Assembly: GCA_047967505.1 (NCBI GenBank)
Contig: CM106538.1
Source of the DNA: Dipteris shenzhenensis
Taxonomy: Eukaryota
DNA: 64,000 nt
Reading direction: 5' to 3' (one strand)
Shown here: in pieces, positions 24,957 through 37,787 of the stretch
How the letters are laid out: each line of letters starts with the position of its first letter
Numbering within the stretch: position 1 is the stretch's first letter
Notes under the pieces: generated by a model
Database searches by the model: none
What the model saw: only the letters and a program-made list of their open reading frames with translations
Told to the model about the DNA's origin: nothing
Program-made: the position numbers and the translations under genes

Positions 24957-27900
24957 TACTAGTAGGTTGAAGATACATTATTTAAATTTCATATAATTCC
25001 ATACCATACAATGCGTTGGAATTCTCTTATTGCTTATATCTCTCTAACCTAAATTCATGATGTTGCCTACCATGCCTTGCACTCAAATTATCTATAGTAT
25101 TTTCTCCCATAGAATGACTATGCCATGGAATTCAAGAGAGCATGCACATATAAGCTTCAATCTTAGATGTATCTTTATGCCATCCATCCCACACATTGGA
25201 CAAGTAATTGATAACTTGCTAATATCATGAGTTGAGCATATGGGAAATAATATATCATGAAATGAATACGCTCACCATTTAGAAGTAGTACTTTGATTTT
25301 CCCTACTCAAAAAGTGAATCCATTGAGTAATATCTTTTTTGTCATCTACGTACATGGAAGCTTTAATCGAAAACGCTCGCCCTCACACCATATAGCATTG
25401 AACATAGTACACTACACTAAGACAGTCAATTAAATAAGCAATCTAAATTATTGAAAGCTCCTAACTTATGCATAACATTCTATATACCGACCTTGCTCAT
25501 GCATCCCCTAGCATACTCCCATTCTTCCATTGTGATATGCATCCCCTCGTCTCTCTCTCCTCTCTCCATTTCATCAAGCAGCCAATCCACATGAATATCC
25601 TTTGGAAGTGCTCTTAGATACTGAGAGTATGGCACACGAGATCCGTGGTGTACGAAAGAGGGTCCTTTCTTCTTGTCTTCTTGCCTTTGCATTCTCATAT
25701 CTTATCACCCATCTTTTCATCACATCACTATTAAGCATGCAATAGAGGTTGATATTATTAAGCAACTTTGTGTCTATTACTTTGCTGCATCCTTTCCCTT
25801 GAGGCATAAAAGAGGTCATCCTTTGGTCTTCATCATCTCTCCATAGTCTGCATCCTTTCCCTTGAGGCACAATAGAGGTCATCCTTAGGTCTTCATCATC
25901 TCTCCATAGTCATGGGATAGAGCTATCCACATTAACAAGAAACTCAAAAATATATACCAGTGATTCTTGTACCAACCAACCCTCAACCATGCTACCTTCG
26001 GGTCTTGCATTTTGTCTCACGAAACCCTTCAAGGTCTTCATGAAGCACTTGAGGAAGAATAACCATCGTGCATATACAGTACCGCATATAGCAATCTCAT
26101 CCACCAAATGCACTATGATATGTAGTTGGCTTGTGAGAATAGAATGTGGAAATGTTTCTTCCACTAAACAAACCACCTCCACTAACATAACTCGAGCATT
26201 CTCAAGCATGGTGGGATCTATTTTCTTTGAGCTCACATACCTAGAAAGAAAAAAGTATGCAATATTAGCAATATGAACACCTTGCATTCTGTAAAATACC
26301 TCACAAGCTCACCCATCTTGTAAATACAATATTCACATTTTGTATCTTGTAAAGTACCTCACAAGCTCGCCCATCTTGTAAATACAATCCTTCATGTCCT
26401 TTGATGCACTACGAGAAATGCTAGTAGGTAGTATGAACTGAACACACGAGGAATGGTTGATTAGTTGCTTCTAATTCACTCACAAATTTGGAAGGAAAAA
26501 TATATTATGCACAGAGCATCTTGTGGCAATCATGAGATTTCAAGCCATATAATTGCTCTACACCTCTTTTCTTGCTCTTTGTGAAGGCCCCCTTCAAATA
26601 CCTCATGCATCCAGTGGGAGTACGAATGGTAGTGATCGTGCACTTCACCGCCAACATCTCTAGCTTTGATAACCTCCACGGTGCATGAGGTAAAAAAACA
26701 CACCCATTTTGTCTCTCTTGTGGCCAAGCTTCACGCATCCTCCCTGTGGTGCATCGATCCTCCCTTTTGCCTATGGAATCTCGTGTCCCATTCAAATGTT
26801 CCAAAATGGTTAACACCACATTATTGAAGATATGAATGGGATCAAGCAAGTGATTGATCTTGAGGTAGGACCAATATGGTAAACGATAAAAGATGGAGTA
26901 TCCAAACAAAAGCTGATGTTAGCGAGCAATCTTTATTTTTAGCCAATATAGCACACAATAGTTACAAACCTTACCGGCTCATGCCAAGTGGTGGAGTCGT
27001 CGTGGAACCATATCAAATTCTCATCCAATCTCCCACAGTGAGTGATTGTAAGGAGTGACATATCTAGGATGATCAGGTGAAAGAAATCGATCGTGATTCT
27101 CATAGATGACCTTATTTAATGCGTCTACCCGTGAGGCAACTGGTGAAGGACCACAAACAGGACATGCATGGTAACCGATGTAGCGAGACCTGAATAATAG
27201 ATGCAAGTAAGAGTTGAAGGTGGGCTTAGGATGCCACATCGGTTGCTTACTCATAATTAAAAGTACAATGCTTACCTGAACACTCGCCATAGCCTGGGAA
27301 GTCATGCATCGTCCACATCAAGAGTGCTTTGTAGTTGAAGTCTCGTGATAAGGGAAGCCTACTCACATCATGCACCTTGATACCTCTCAAAAGTATCTCT
27401 AGCTCATTAATCAAAGGCTCCAAATAAACATAAGGATTTTTGACTTTATGTTTCCCTGAAATTAGAAGGGATAACATAACATGTCCTTTCTTAATAGCCA
27501 TAGAGAGTGGAAGATTATAATTCACCAATATCACTTGTCATACACTGTAAGAGGTGCTTGTGAGACCAAATGGATTCACACTATCCATACTTAATCCAAG
27601 TCTTAAGCTCCTAGGTTCTTCCTTGAAGCTTGGCCATGTGTCTTCAATATGCTTCCATACAGGAGTGTCTGCGGGAGTTCTCCACTTGCCATCGATTGAT
27701 CGATGGGAGGAATGCCATGACATGAGATCTGCAATGGATTTGCACTTGAACATATGTTGGATGCGAGGGATTATGGGAAAATGTCGCAGAAGCTTACGAG
27801 GCATATTCAAAGTTTTGAGATCTGCTCTATATCTTGCCTCTCCACAAGTAGGACACTCTCTTGCATCCTTATGTGGTCCACAAAATAGAACACAATTGTT

Positions 27901-28129
27901 GATGCATGCATGGATGCGCTTGTAATCTAATCCTCCAAGAGAGGTCACATGTTGTCTTGCCATATCTCTTGAGGCCGGTAGTTTATTCTCCCTTGGAAGC
28001 ATTTTACACAATAGCCTGACGTGCAGACCATAAATGAGAAAAAGCATTCCAGTAATTGACCCACTAGCATAATCCACCATGTTTACAAAATAGGCTCCGA
28101 CAGTCTTAGATGTTCTTCGTTTTCCTTCC

Positions 28130-29300
28130 CTTCCATTTCCAGGAAAAGGATTACATATTGAATGATGGAAATAAGCGATTGCATGAATGAAGAAAGGTAT
28201 TACATGAATGATGAAAAGGGATTGCATGATTAAAGAAAGGGATTGCATGAATGATGGAAAGGGAAAGCATGATTGAAGAAAGGGATTGCACTCTCTATTT
28301 TCCTCTCTTTTTCCTTGTCTCTTTTATCCTCTCTTTCCTTCTCTTTTCGTCTCTCTTTTTCTCTGATCTCCTCTCTTTCTTTCTCTTTTCGTCTCTTTTC
28401 TCATCTCTTTCCTACCTTTTTTTCTCTTTCCCTCCTCTCTTTTCTCCTCTCTTTCCTTCTCTCTTTTTCTCTCTTTTTCCTTCTCTCTTTTATCTTCTCT
28501 TTCCTTCTCTTTTCATGGTAATTTTCCTCTGTTATCTCCTCTCTTTTTCTCTCTTTTTCTCCTCTCTTTTCCTCTCCTTTCTCCTCTCTTTCCTTCTCTC
28601 TTTTTCTCTCTTTTATCCTCACCTTTTCTCTCTTTTTCCTTCTCTCTTTTATCCTCTCTTTCCTTCTCTTTTTGTGGTAATTTCCTCTCTTATCTCCTCT
28701 CTTTTTCTCTTTTTTTCTCTCCTCTCGTTTCCTCTATTTTCCTGTCTTTTCTCCTCTCTTTCCTTCTCTCTTTTTCTCTCTTTTATCCCCACTTTTTCTC
28801 TCTTTTTTTCCTCTCTTTTCCTCTCCTTTCTCCTCTCGCATATCCCCACTTTTTCTCTCTTTTATCCCCACTTTTTCTCTCTTTTTTTCGTCTCTTTTCC
28901 TCTCCTTTCTCCTCTCTTTCATTCTCTCTTTTCCTCTATTTCCTTCTCTTTTCGTGGTAATTTTCCTCTCTTATCTCCTCTCTTATTCTCTCTTTTTTTC
29001 TCCTCTCTTTTCCTCTATTTTCCTCTCTTTGCTCCTCTCTTTCATTCTCTCTTTTTCTCTCTTTTATCCCCACTTTTTCTCTCTTTTTCTCCTCTCTTTT
29101 CCTCTCCTTTCTCCTCTCGCATATCCCCACTTTTTCTCTCTTTTTCTCCTCTCTTTTCCTCTCTCTTTCTCTCTTTTTTTCTCCTCTCTTTTCCTCTATT
29201 TTCCTCTCTTTTCTCCTCTCTTTCTTTCTCTCTTTTTCTCTCTTTTTTCTTCTTTTTTTTCAGTTCATCAGTAATCTTCTTTTTTTCTTTTCTTCAGTTC
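28130..29300. repeat. GGGATTGCATGAATGA repeats and a long CT-rich tract (duplicate of 31900-32880)
   Basis: Same repeat organisation as the second block, and both end in cttcagttcatcatgtggcc. Confidence 0.85.
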
Positions 29301-31899
29301 ATCATGTGGCCACGAAGTTCTTCTGCTTGGGCTCTCTGCACCTCACTTGCTTGCATAGCCAATGTTTGAGAATGGTTTAATCGATTGCAATAACCGAGCA
29401 ATCCAGCATGTCCCTTGCAACAAACCGAACAACATCATGCACTATATGAAAAGGAGGACTCTTTTGGGTGGCAGGGTCTAAAGGATATAAGTTTCCATCT
29501 ACCCAAAGGTCAAGATGCTTCTTCCCTTGCAATCGAATACTGTGGAGCACACTTTGAGGAGTTCCACTGTATCCCAAACACATGTGCTTGCATATTCTAC
29601 CTACAATTATAGGTTCACATGGTACTTGTTGGATATGTCCTCGAATGGTGCCATGAGTACTCAAAGAGAGGTATCAGTGATGCAGGCTAAAATGTAGGGG
29701 AGAGCTGGCAAAGATGGACCAGTGAGCGAGAGAGAGTAGCAAGAAGAGGGAGGAGGAGAAGCAGATGAGGGCAAGAGGAAGAGGTCAAGGAGGAGAGTAG
29801 GGCGACAAGTGTAAAAGGGAGGGAAGGAGCTGCGACAAAAGGGAGGAGGAGGGGAGAGATGCTATAGGAGGGATGAGGAGGGGAGAGATTCTGCAGGAGG
29901 GAGGAGCAGAGGAGAGGGAGCCTGGGCAGCTGGAGAAGAGGGAGCCTGGGCAGCTGGAGAAGGAGGGGAGAGGAAGGAGCGTGGAGGAGCCAGAAGGAGG
30001 AGGAGGAGGGGAGAGGGAGGAGGGAGGAGGAGGAGCAAGACGAAGGAGGGGAGAGGAGGGAGGGGGAGCGAGGGAGGGAGGGAGGGAGGGAGGGAGGGAG
30101 GACGGGAGGGAGATAGAGGGAGGGAGGGAGAGAGAGAGAGGGAGGGAGGGAGATTCAAAATTTGAAATTCAAATTTTAAAAAGTGGCCCCCTCCCCTCAT
30201 TGATGGGGGGAGAGGTGGGCTCGAATGTGGGTTTAACCCACCTAGGTTGGGCTGGTTAGGCCTCTTTGGGACCCTCCAAGCCCCTTGCATTAGCTCATTA
30301 AGCATTCCCTAATCCATTCCTTATGAGGCCCTTTTGAGACCCCAATTCTCCCCTAATGAATAGCCTGCACGTGAAGACCATAAATGAGAAAAAGCATTCG
30401 AGTAATTGATGCACTAGCATAATTCACCATGTTTGCAAAATAGACTTTAAAGCTTACTTGAGTAATGCATTCAAACTTGCATTACTCCATCCATAGATGA
30501 TCTGCAAGTTTAGTAACTCAAGGGAGGCACATAGAACAGAGAATGTGCACCCCTCAAACAATGGAGTCGATGCTGCAGTAAAAAGATGGTCCTGCTCCAT
30601 GCTATCATCCCTACCTGAGGATTGATGGACATATAAATCCTGCACCATATCATCAAACACCTCCTCCTCTACGGCCTCATGAGATAACGGTGGAGGGCTA
30701 CTATTACCATCACTCCATGCATCTGTAACGGTCCATCCTGAAGATCCCACCTCATATCACTGACACTTCGCCTCCTTACGCGACGAGCATAAGGGCAACA
30801 TATGCGGGTGTGGCACTGCATCCTATATCAAATTAAAATGGGATCATAACTCAAACACATGAATACCCATAGATATCTTAATCAACTTTAACTCTTTAAC
30901 ACTTACCATGTTTATGGTCGCATCCCATTCTCCATACTTTGAGATGTGATTGAGAGTAATTTTGCATGCACGATACATGTTTCCTCGACATTAATCAGAC
31001 ATACATTTGAGTTTTTGCTCCAACCACATTTTGCGATGGTGGATATAAAGGGATTCATCCTCATTGGAGCTACTTGTTGAAGATGAAGACATCTGATAGA
31101 TAAAAAACCCAAAAAATGTGTGTTCTTGCATGAGTTGTAAATGTCAAAACTCTGTGGAGCATCTAAGAGCACGTCTAACACTGCGTCTGTATTGTGGAAG
31201 TGTTTATAGGCGCATCTAAAACACACTGTAGATGCACTGATAGATGGAAATTTAGATGTGCTTTTAGATGCATAGATAGACGCGTAGAATGTGAGCTGAT
31301 TTTCAAACCTACTTTTAGTGCGCTTGCTTTCCTTCACATACTTTTAGCATCATGCGGCTTGCTTTCCTATTAATAGACACAGCTCCAAGCATCCACACTT
31401 ATCTCCAAGCACCCACACTCATCTCCAAGCTTACACAGTCATCCCAAAGCATATAAGAGAAGAGGGTGAACAAGGAAGAGAAGAAAGAGAAGCAGCTTTG
31501 AAGAAGGACAAGAAGCTTTCATACCTCTATCCAAGGTAAGTCTCTTCGTGGTTGGTCTTCTTTGGAAGTTGCTCTCTTTGGATTCGTCCTTTTTCGTATG
31601 CAAGGAAGGGATGCTCAAGAGATGTTTTTGGTACTAGTGTTATTATTTTTGGGGTCGGGCGCATGTCCTTTTCAGTTTCTTTCAAAAAGTTGTCTATCGG
31701 AGTGTGTCTATAGATGCGTCTAATAGCGTGTTTAAATTTTAAAAAAATAGACAACCGCGCCTGTAAACGCGTTGTTAGACGCATCTATAGACATGCTATG
31801 ACAATTTTTGTTGTGTGTTCTTTCCTCTCCCCTTCCCCTTCCCCTTCCTTTTCCTTCTCTTTCCCTTGCCCTTCCCCTTCCGCTTCAACTTCCCTTCCC

Positions 31900-32690
31900 C
31901 TTTCAAGAAAGGGATTGCATGAATGATGGAAATAAGTGATTGTATGAATGATAGAAAGGGATTGCATGAATGAAGAAAGGGATTGCATGAATGATGGAAA
32001 GGAATTGCATGAATGAAGAAAGGGATTGCATTTGTGAGGAACTAAGGGATTGCATTGTCTTTTTGTCTCTTATCTCCTTTCTTTTTTCTCCTCTCTTTTC
32101 CTCTCTTTTCCTCTCTTTTCTCATCTCTTTCCTTCTCTCTTTTTCTCTCTTTTTCCTTCTCTCTTTTATCCTCTCTTTCCTTCTCTCTTTTCGTCTCTTT
32201 TTGCCTCTTTTCTCCGCTCTGTTTCTCTCTTATCTCCTCCCTTTTTCTCTCTTTTTTCTACTCTCTTTCCTTCTCTCTTTTTCTCTCTTTTATCCTCTCT
32301 TTTTGTCTCTTTTCTCCTCGCTGTTTCTCTCTTATCTCCTCTCTTTTTCTCTCTCTTTCCTCCTCTCTTTCCTTCTTTCTTTTTCTCTCTTTTATCCTCA
32401 CTTTTTCTCTCTTTTTTCTTCTCTCTTTTATCCTCTCTTTTCATCTCTTTTTGTCTCTCTTTCTCTCTCTTATCTCCTCTCTTTTTCTCTCTTTTTTCTC
32501 CTCTCTTTTCCTCTATTTTCCTCTCTTTTCTCCTCTCTTTCCTTCTCTCTTTTTCTCTCTTTTATGCCCACTTTTTCTCTTTTTCCCTCTTATCTCCTCT
32601 CTTTTTCTCTATTTTTTCTCCTCTCTTTTTCTCTCTTTTTTCTCCTCTCTTTTCCTCTCTTTTCTCCTTTCTTTCCTTCTCTCTTTTTCC
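31900..32690. repeat. GGGATTGCATGAATGA repeats and a CT-rich tract between the divergent genes of copy 2
   Basis: Directly visible low-complexity sequence. Confidence 0.9.
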
Positions 32691-35600
32691 CCACGTGAAG
32701 CTTCAATAGCCTGACATTGAGCAAGCAGATACAAACTTCTGTCACTCTAATCAAAGAATGCAAGAGTTTGTAAATGCTTGCTTAATGTCAGGCTGTCACT
32801 CTATTTTTTCTTTTGCATCTCATGAGATGAGGGCATGCTTGATGGTAATCTTCTTCTTTTCTTTTCTTCAGTTCATCATGTGGCCAGGAAGCTCTTCAGC
32901 CTCACCTAATCTTTAAGATGCCATCTTTTGGGAGTTATATAACATTTTGGGGCACCCTCCCACTCCTAGGGAGATACACATACATGATGGGTACTCCAAA
33001 CATCCCCCAGGATTCGGCAGTATAGACTCTAAACCACCCCAATCCCACACCAGCCGAGATTACCCTAGTGGAGTCGAGACAACCCAGCCAACTATAGAGC
33101 TGAGCCCCTTCTCCCCCCCTGTAGTCAGGAGGCCCTTCTACCTTGCAGAGCTGCCATTGTACTCTGGTGCAGTCGAGAGTTGATTCTCCAGCTATGAGTG
33201 GCCAGCGTACTCCCATGTAGTCAAGAGTCACGTCTCCAGCTACGAGTGGCCAGCGTACTAGCTCGATGCGATAGGACAATAGGCATAGTAAGTAGGGAGA
33301 GCAGTGGGGGATGCATGGCACAGTGCTTTAGGGGGGGTAATGGTGGGGGCAGGGATGATTCAAATGATGCAGATGTGCCAGGCGATGATGGTATGATCTT
33401 CTATGACATCACTCAGATAGGAGGCATGATCTTGATGGATGCACAGGGGAAGGACATCATGGCCTTCATGCGCTCTGTAATTGCTACTAACAACTACAAA
33501 TATTGCTTTATTCACTAAAAAGACCATCCAAAAAAGTTGGCTGATGAGACCCTCATTGCTGTTCACTCTAGGTATCCCAATCCCCCCAATGTTCACTTCA
33601 CAGATAAATGGGCCAAGTCAAAGATTGCTATGATACTTGCCAATAAAAGATCTTCGCTTAAGAGGTAGGCACTAGCCAAGATTGCCAGGAGATAGGGAGG
33701 TCAACCACCAAGGGGCTAGCCCCACACCACTCATAAGCGTGAGTGGAAGAAAGCAATGAAGGCAACAAAGGGAGACCCTAGTTTGCAACACGTGGAGGCA
33801 CAAAGGATCCAAATGGAGCAATATGGAAATATGCATTTTGGAGCAGGGGGTGTTGAATCATGGGAGGCCCGATTTGTAAGTATCGATCTCAAATTATATT
33901 ATGTTTATGTGGTTTATTAGGATGTTGTTTCTTTGTACTAACCCCTCTGCAAATTGTGCCATCTTGTAGCTTGATATCATGGGCAGGTACCCTACTCATG
34001 TCGAGATAGCCTACCACCACCACCATCGTAGAGGAGATACATGGAGACACTTCTATGATAACGGTTGATTACTGAGGAGCAGTATATCCGGGCTACTAGA
34101 GCGCCCCCCCAGGTATTTAAAAGTAATTTAATAATGTCAATATTATAAATAAAGATTTGATTTTTCATACATTGATACATGTTGTCCCTCGTTTACAGGG
34201 CCCTATGGCTGATCAAGAGGAAGAAGATGAGGAAGAAGGGAGCGAGGAAGGGAGCAAAGAAGGGAGCAAGGACGCGGAGAACTTAGATTAGTCGTAGAAG
34301 TAATGCTATCTACTTTTTTGTATTTGAAGCCATTGGCTTGGCTTCGTGCCTCTCTTGTGTATACATTCCTCTTATTTTTTGTACTTGAATCCATAGGACG
34401 TGGCTTGGCTTCATGCTATATGTACATACAAGCACTTTTTAGGTTATGAATTAATATACACTCCTTTTATTTTTTTGGCTTTCAATTTCCTTGTGCAACG
34501 TTCTATCAATGAATGCCTTGTGAACAAAACATTTTGGAGTTGTAATGTTTTATTTGAAATTGTAATCATTGGCTATAGACGTGCTTGCAATCGTGCTAAT
34601 TAAAATGCGGTTGGCTGTAAGAATTGAATTGCACAATATGGAAATGAGATTGTTGTAACTACATAGCATACACAACATACACAGCATTCTATTCAACCAC
34701 AAAAAATTTTGCTTGTATAAAAAAAAAGATTCTGTAGAGCATCTATAAGCGTGTCTATATATGTGTCTTTTTGTTTTGTTTTAATTTCTAAAGAGCATCT
34801 AAAAGCGCATCTATAGGCATGTCTATCTATTATATAGATGCACCTATAGACGCGGGTCTATAGGTGCGCCTATAGACATTCAAATAGATGTGCCCGTAAG
34901 TTTTTTTTTTAGTTAAGGAAACACGTCTGTGTGCACATCTATGGGTGCTTTTGTCTTGTTGTGTGTTTATGGAAAGTTGCTCACAAAGTGCAACGGCATA
35001 TAGTAGTGGCATAGGGTCCCTTGCACAGTCAGCAAGTTGCTTGAATGTGCATATGGAAAGAGGAAAATGCAATATTGTGCCTCATTCAAATGCACATGCA
35101 TGTGTGTAGCAACAATCCTTGGAAGCCTCCTTCAAATTACAACACATCTAAAAGGTGCAACAAGATGTCTTTGAATTCATTGAGCATGGTTCAAAGCCCG
35201 CATTGGAAGAAATCCATGGCCTCTATGGCTAGGGTTGGCACTGGCTGCTCAGTTATGACACCGTCTGTAACAGCATGTTGGATGCCTACTACAATAGGAT
35301 GAAAGAGGAGATGGAATAGTTGTTTATGATGGCATTGGAAAAATGGTGATTCATTTAAAATGAAAATTAGATGTTGAAATTTGTCATTCTTTTACATCAT
35401 CATTTGATAGAGTGTGCAAAAGATGAAAGAAAAACCTTTGGGATTGAAGGAGAGGAAAAGAAGGTACTTACATAACATGGATGCATTGGCACCCACTGGT
35501 GGTGCTAGAAAGAGGAGAGTCTAGGTTACAAGGCTGGTTGTCAAATGTTCCAATGAAATTACACTCTTTTGTGCTACACTATTTGTGACTAAGTTTTTCT

Positions 35601-37787
35601 TGTGTTCTTCTTTAGGAACTTCATTGAAGATGTGATGGGAAGAACGGATGGGGATGATATTGACTATTCATATGCTCTAGCTAGTTTATTGAAGTCAAGC
35701 AATGTCATTGGGATACTAAGGGACCCAAGACACAAGCGCTTACATGTGCAAGTTGCTGAAGAGGTGATGAAGGGCTTCAAGGATATTGTGGATGCAAAGG
35801 AGATGCTTGCAACTTCTGATACTGCCGGTGTAAGTCGTGAAGCTTACACATCTATTTTTAAAATTTTCAAGTCTACTATTTTGGGAAACCATAAGAAGTC
35901 TACAGTGTCCCTACCCACACCTTGGTCTATGAGACGTGCACGACGAGAAACAAACCGACGTGCAAGAGAAATGCTTGGAGGGTATCATTGCATAAGGGGC
36001 ACAATGACTTGGAAGAGTAAAAACAAATCTAGCTTGCAAACCTTTGAGATGAATGCTTTCAACAATGTCTACTTAGATGTTGAGAAACTGCAACAAGCAA
36101 TGGTCAAATTCTATGGCATGAGATAAGATGGTAAGAAGAAATCCATTATAGCATTACACTTTACTTAGTCCATTTCCTATATCATGTTTATCCTAACGAT
36201 TTCTCTCTTTTTTTGTACAGATTGCAATGGAAAGCTCATATTTGTCATCAAAATGGATGAAGCTCAATTGGTGAAAGAACACAAGTTAGAGAGAGTGAGC
36301 ATCTGCATTATGAATAAAGCCTTAGCCTTTGTTCAAGGGAACAAAGAAGTAGAGCAAGATTTCTCAGTGCAATCAGAGAAAGATATATGGTGGCTTGCAA
36401 CATTTGAGACTTCGAAAGAGTGCCATGAGACATTGAACTGGGTTCTAGATGGAACAAGAATCCCATTGATGATCCAAAGACAAGAGGAAGGGCAAACATT
36501 GACAGTCGATGGTTATGGAAATTTTCAAGTTGAATGGCATCTTGCTGGTGATTTGAAAACCCTCAAGTGCTTGCATGGTTGTGATACAGGGGCAAATGCA
36601 ATGAACACATGCCTTTATTGCATGTGTTTGAAATGTAAGCAAAAGGCTTGCAATGGGAGAATGGCATTCTATCTTGCAGCCAAACGCAAGCTCCCAATCA
36701 CGACAAGAAGGATCCAAAGTGGGATCCCATCTTGTCCATCCCACTTGAGAGAGTACACATATGTACTTTACACACAAAACTGCATGTACTTGATAAGTTA
36801 TTGTATTTGCATCTTGTTTATGCTTGGAATTTAATTCCCCAAGAAGTATCCACATGCTGCATTGCAGAAGCTAAGAAGTTGCTGTTAGAGATGGGATTCC
36901 ATAGAGGACATGTCAAATAAGAAAATGTCTGGGGTGACAGAATCTTCATGCAAAAGTGTCCATGGATGGAGGGAAGGCAAGGAGATTCCTATCGAACCAC
37001 AATCTCGATAGAGACAAACATACATTATCTCAAAGCAGTTTGGGTTGGGAATACTAGAAAGCATTGTGTGAATGTACGACCAATAAGGCTTCTCATCCTC
37101 AAGTAGCAACTTTGAGAGCTAAAGTATGGACAAAGGTAGATGCATTGATAAAATTGCTTCGCCAAGTTCAAATCAATGAGATGTATTATGAAAGGTTCAG
37201 GATGGCTATGAAAGAGTTAATGCAATTAATGGTGAAAGCATGGGGGGAGTCGCACATTATGCATTACATGGTAATCTTGGCACCATCATAATATTTAGCA
37301 CTTGCTTTACAAAAAATTTTTCTTACTAAAATGATTTCCATCATCACAACAACACAAAGCAACTATAGACGCGCTTGGTAGACGCGCAAAATAGCGAGCG
37401 CGTCTATAGGCGTTGCTCTAGTAGAGAAATTACAGGCGCGTCTATTAGCACGGCTAAATGCTCATCTATTTGCGCGTCAATCACCGCGTTTATTTGCGCG
37501 TTAGACCTGAGAAAATACGGGCCCGTCTAACATCCCTTCTATTAGCGCGTCTATTTGCGCGTGTATTTGCGCATTTATTTGCACGTTTACACTGAGACTC
37601 AGACGCGCATTTAGACGCGATCCAAAGAATACAGAAAGTGAGATTTTGGTGTACATCATTGCTTTCCAAACATTGCCCATGATTACCAAAGCACATAATT
37701 TTTTGCAAGCCCACATATACAAGAATTAAGGGAAATGAGGAGAATGAGAAAATATGTAAAATAGTTTTGCCAATATCAATTGTGGGG

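Larger units (their letters stand above)
25367..34963. mobile_element. CACAA-ended En/Spm copy 2, main body (decayed transposase on -, TnpA-like gene on +)
   Basis: Collinear with 38525-44903. Transposase motifs lie at 25380-31090 (-) and the TnpA-like gene at 32878-34290 (+). The right TIR ..GTCTTGTTGTG ends at 34963. Confidence 0.9.

Noticed and set aside
28251-32714. F/S/L-rich ORFs that look like membrane proteins (28251-29369 and 31991-32714)
   Set aside because: They derive from CT-rich low-complexity tracts.
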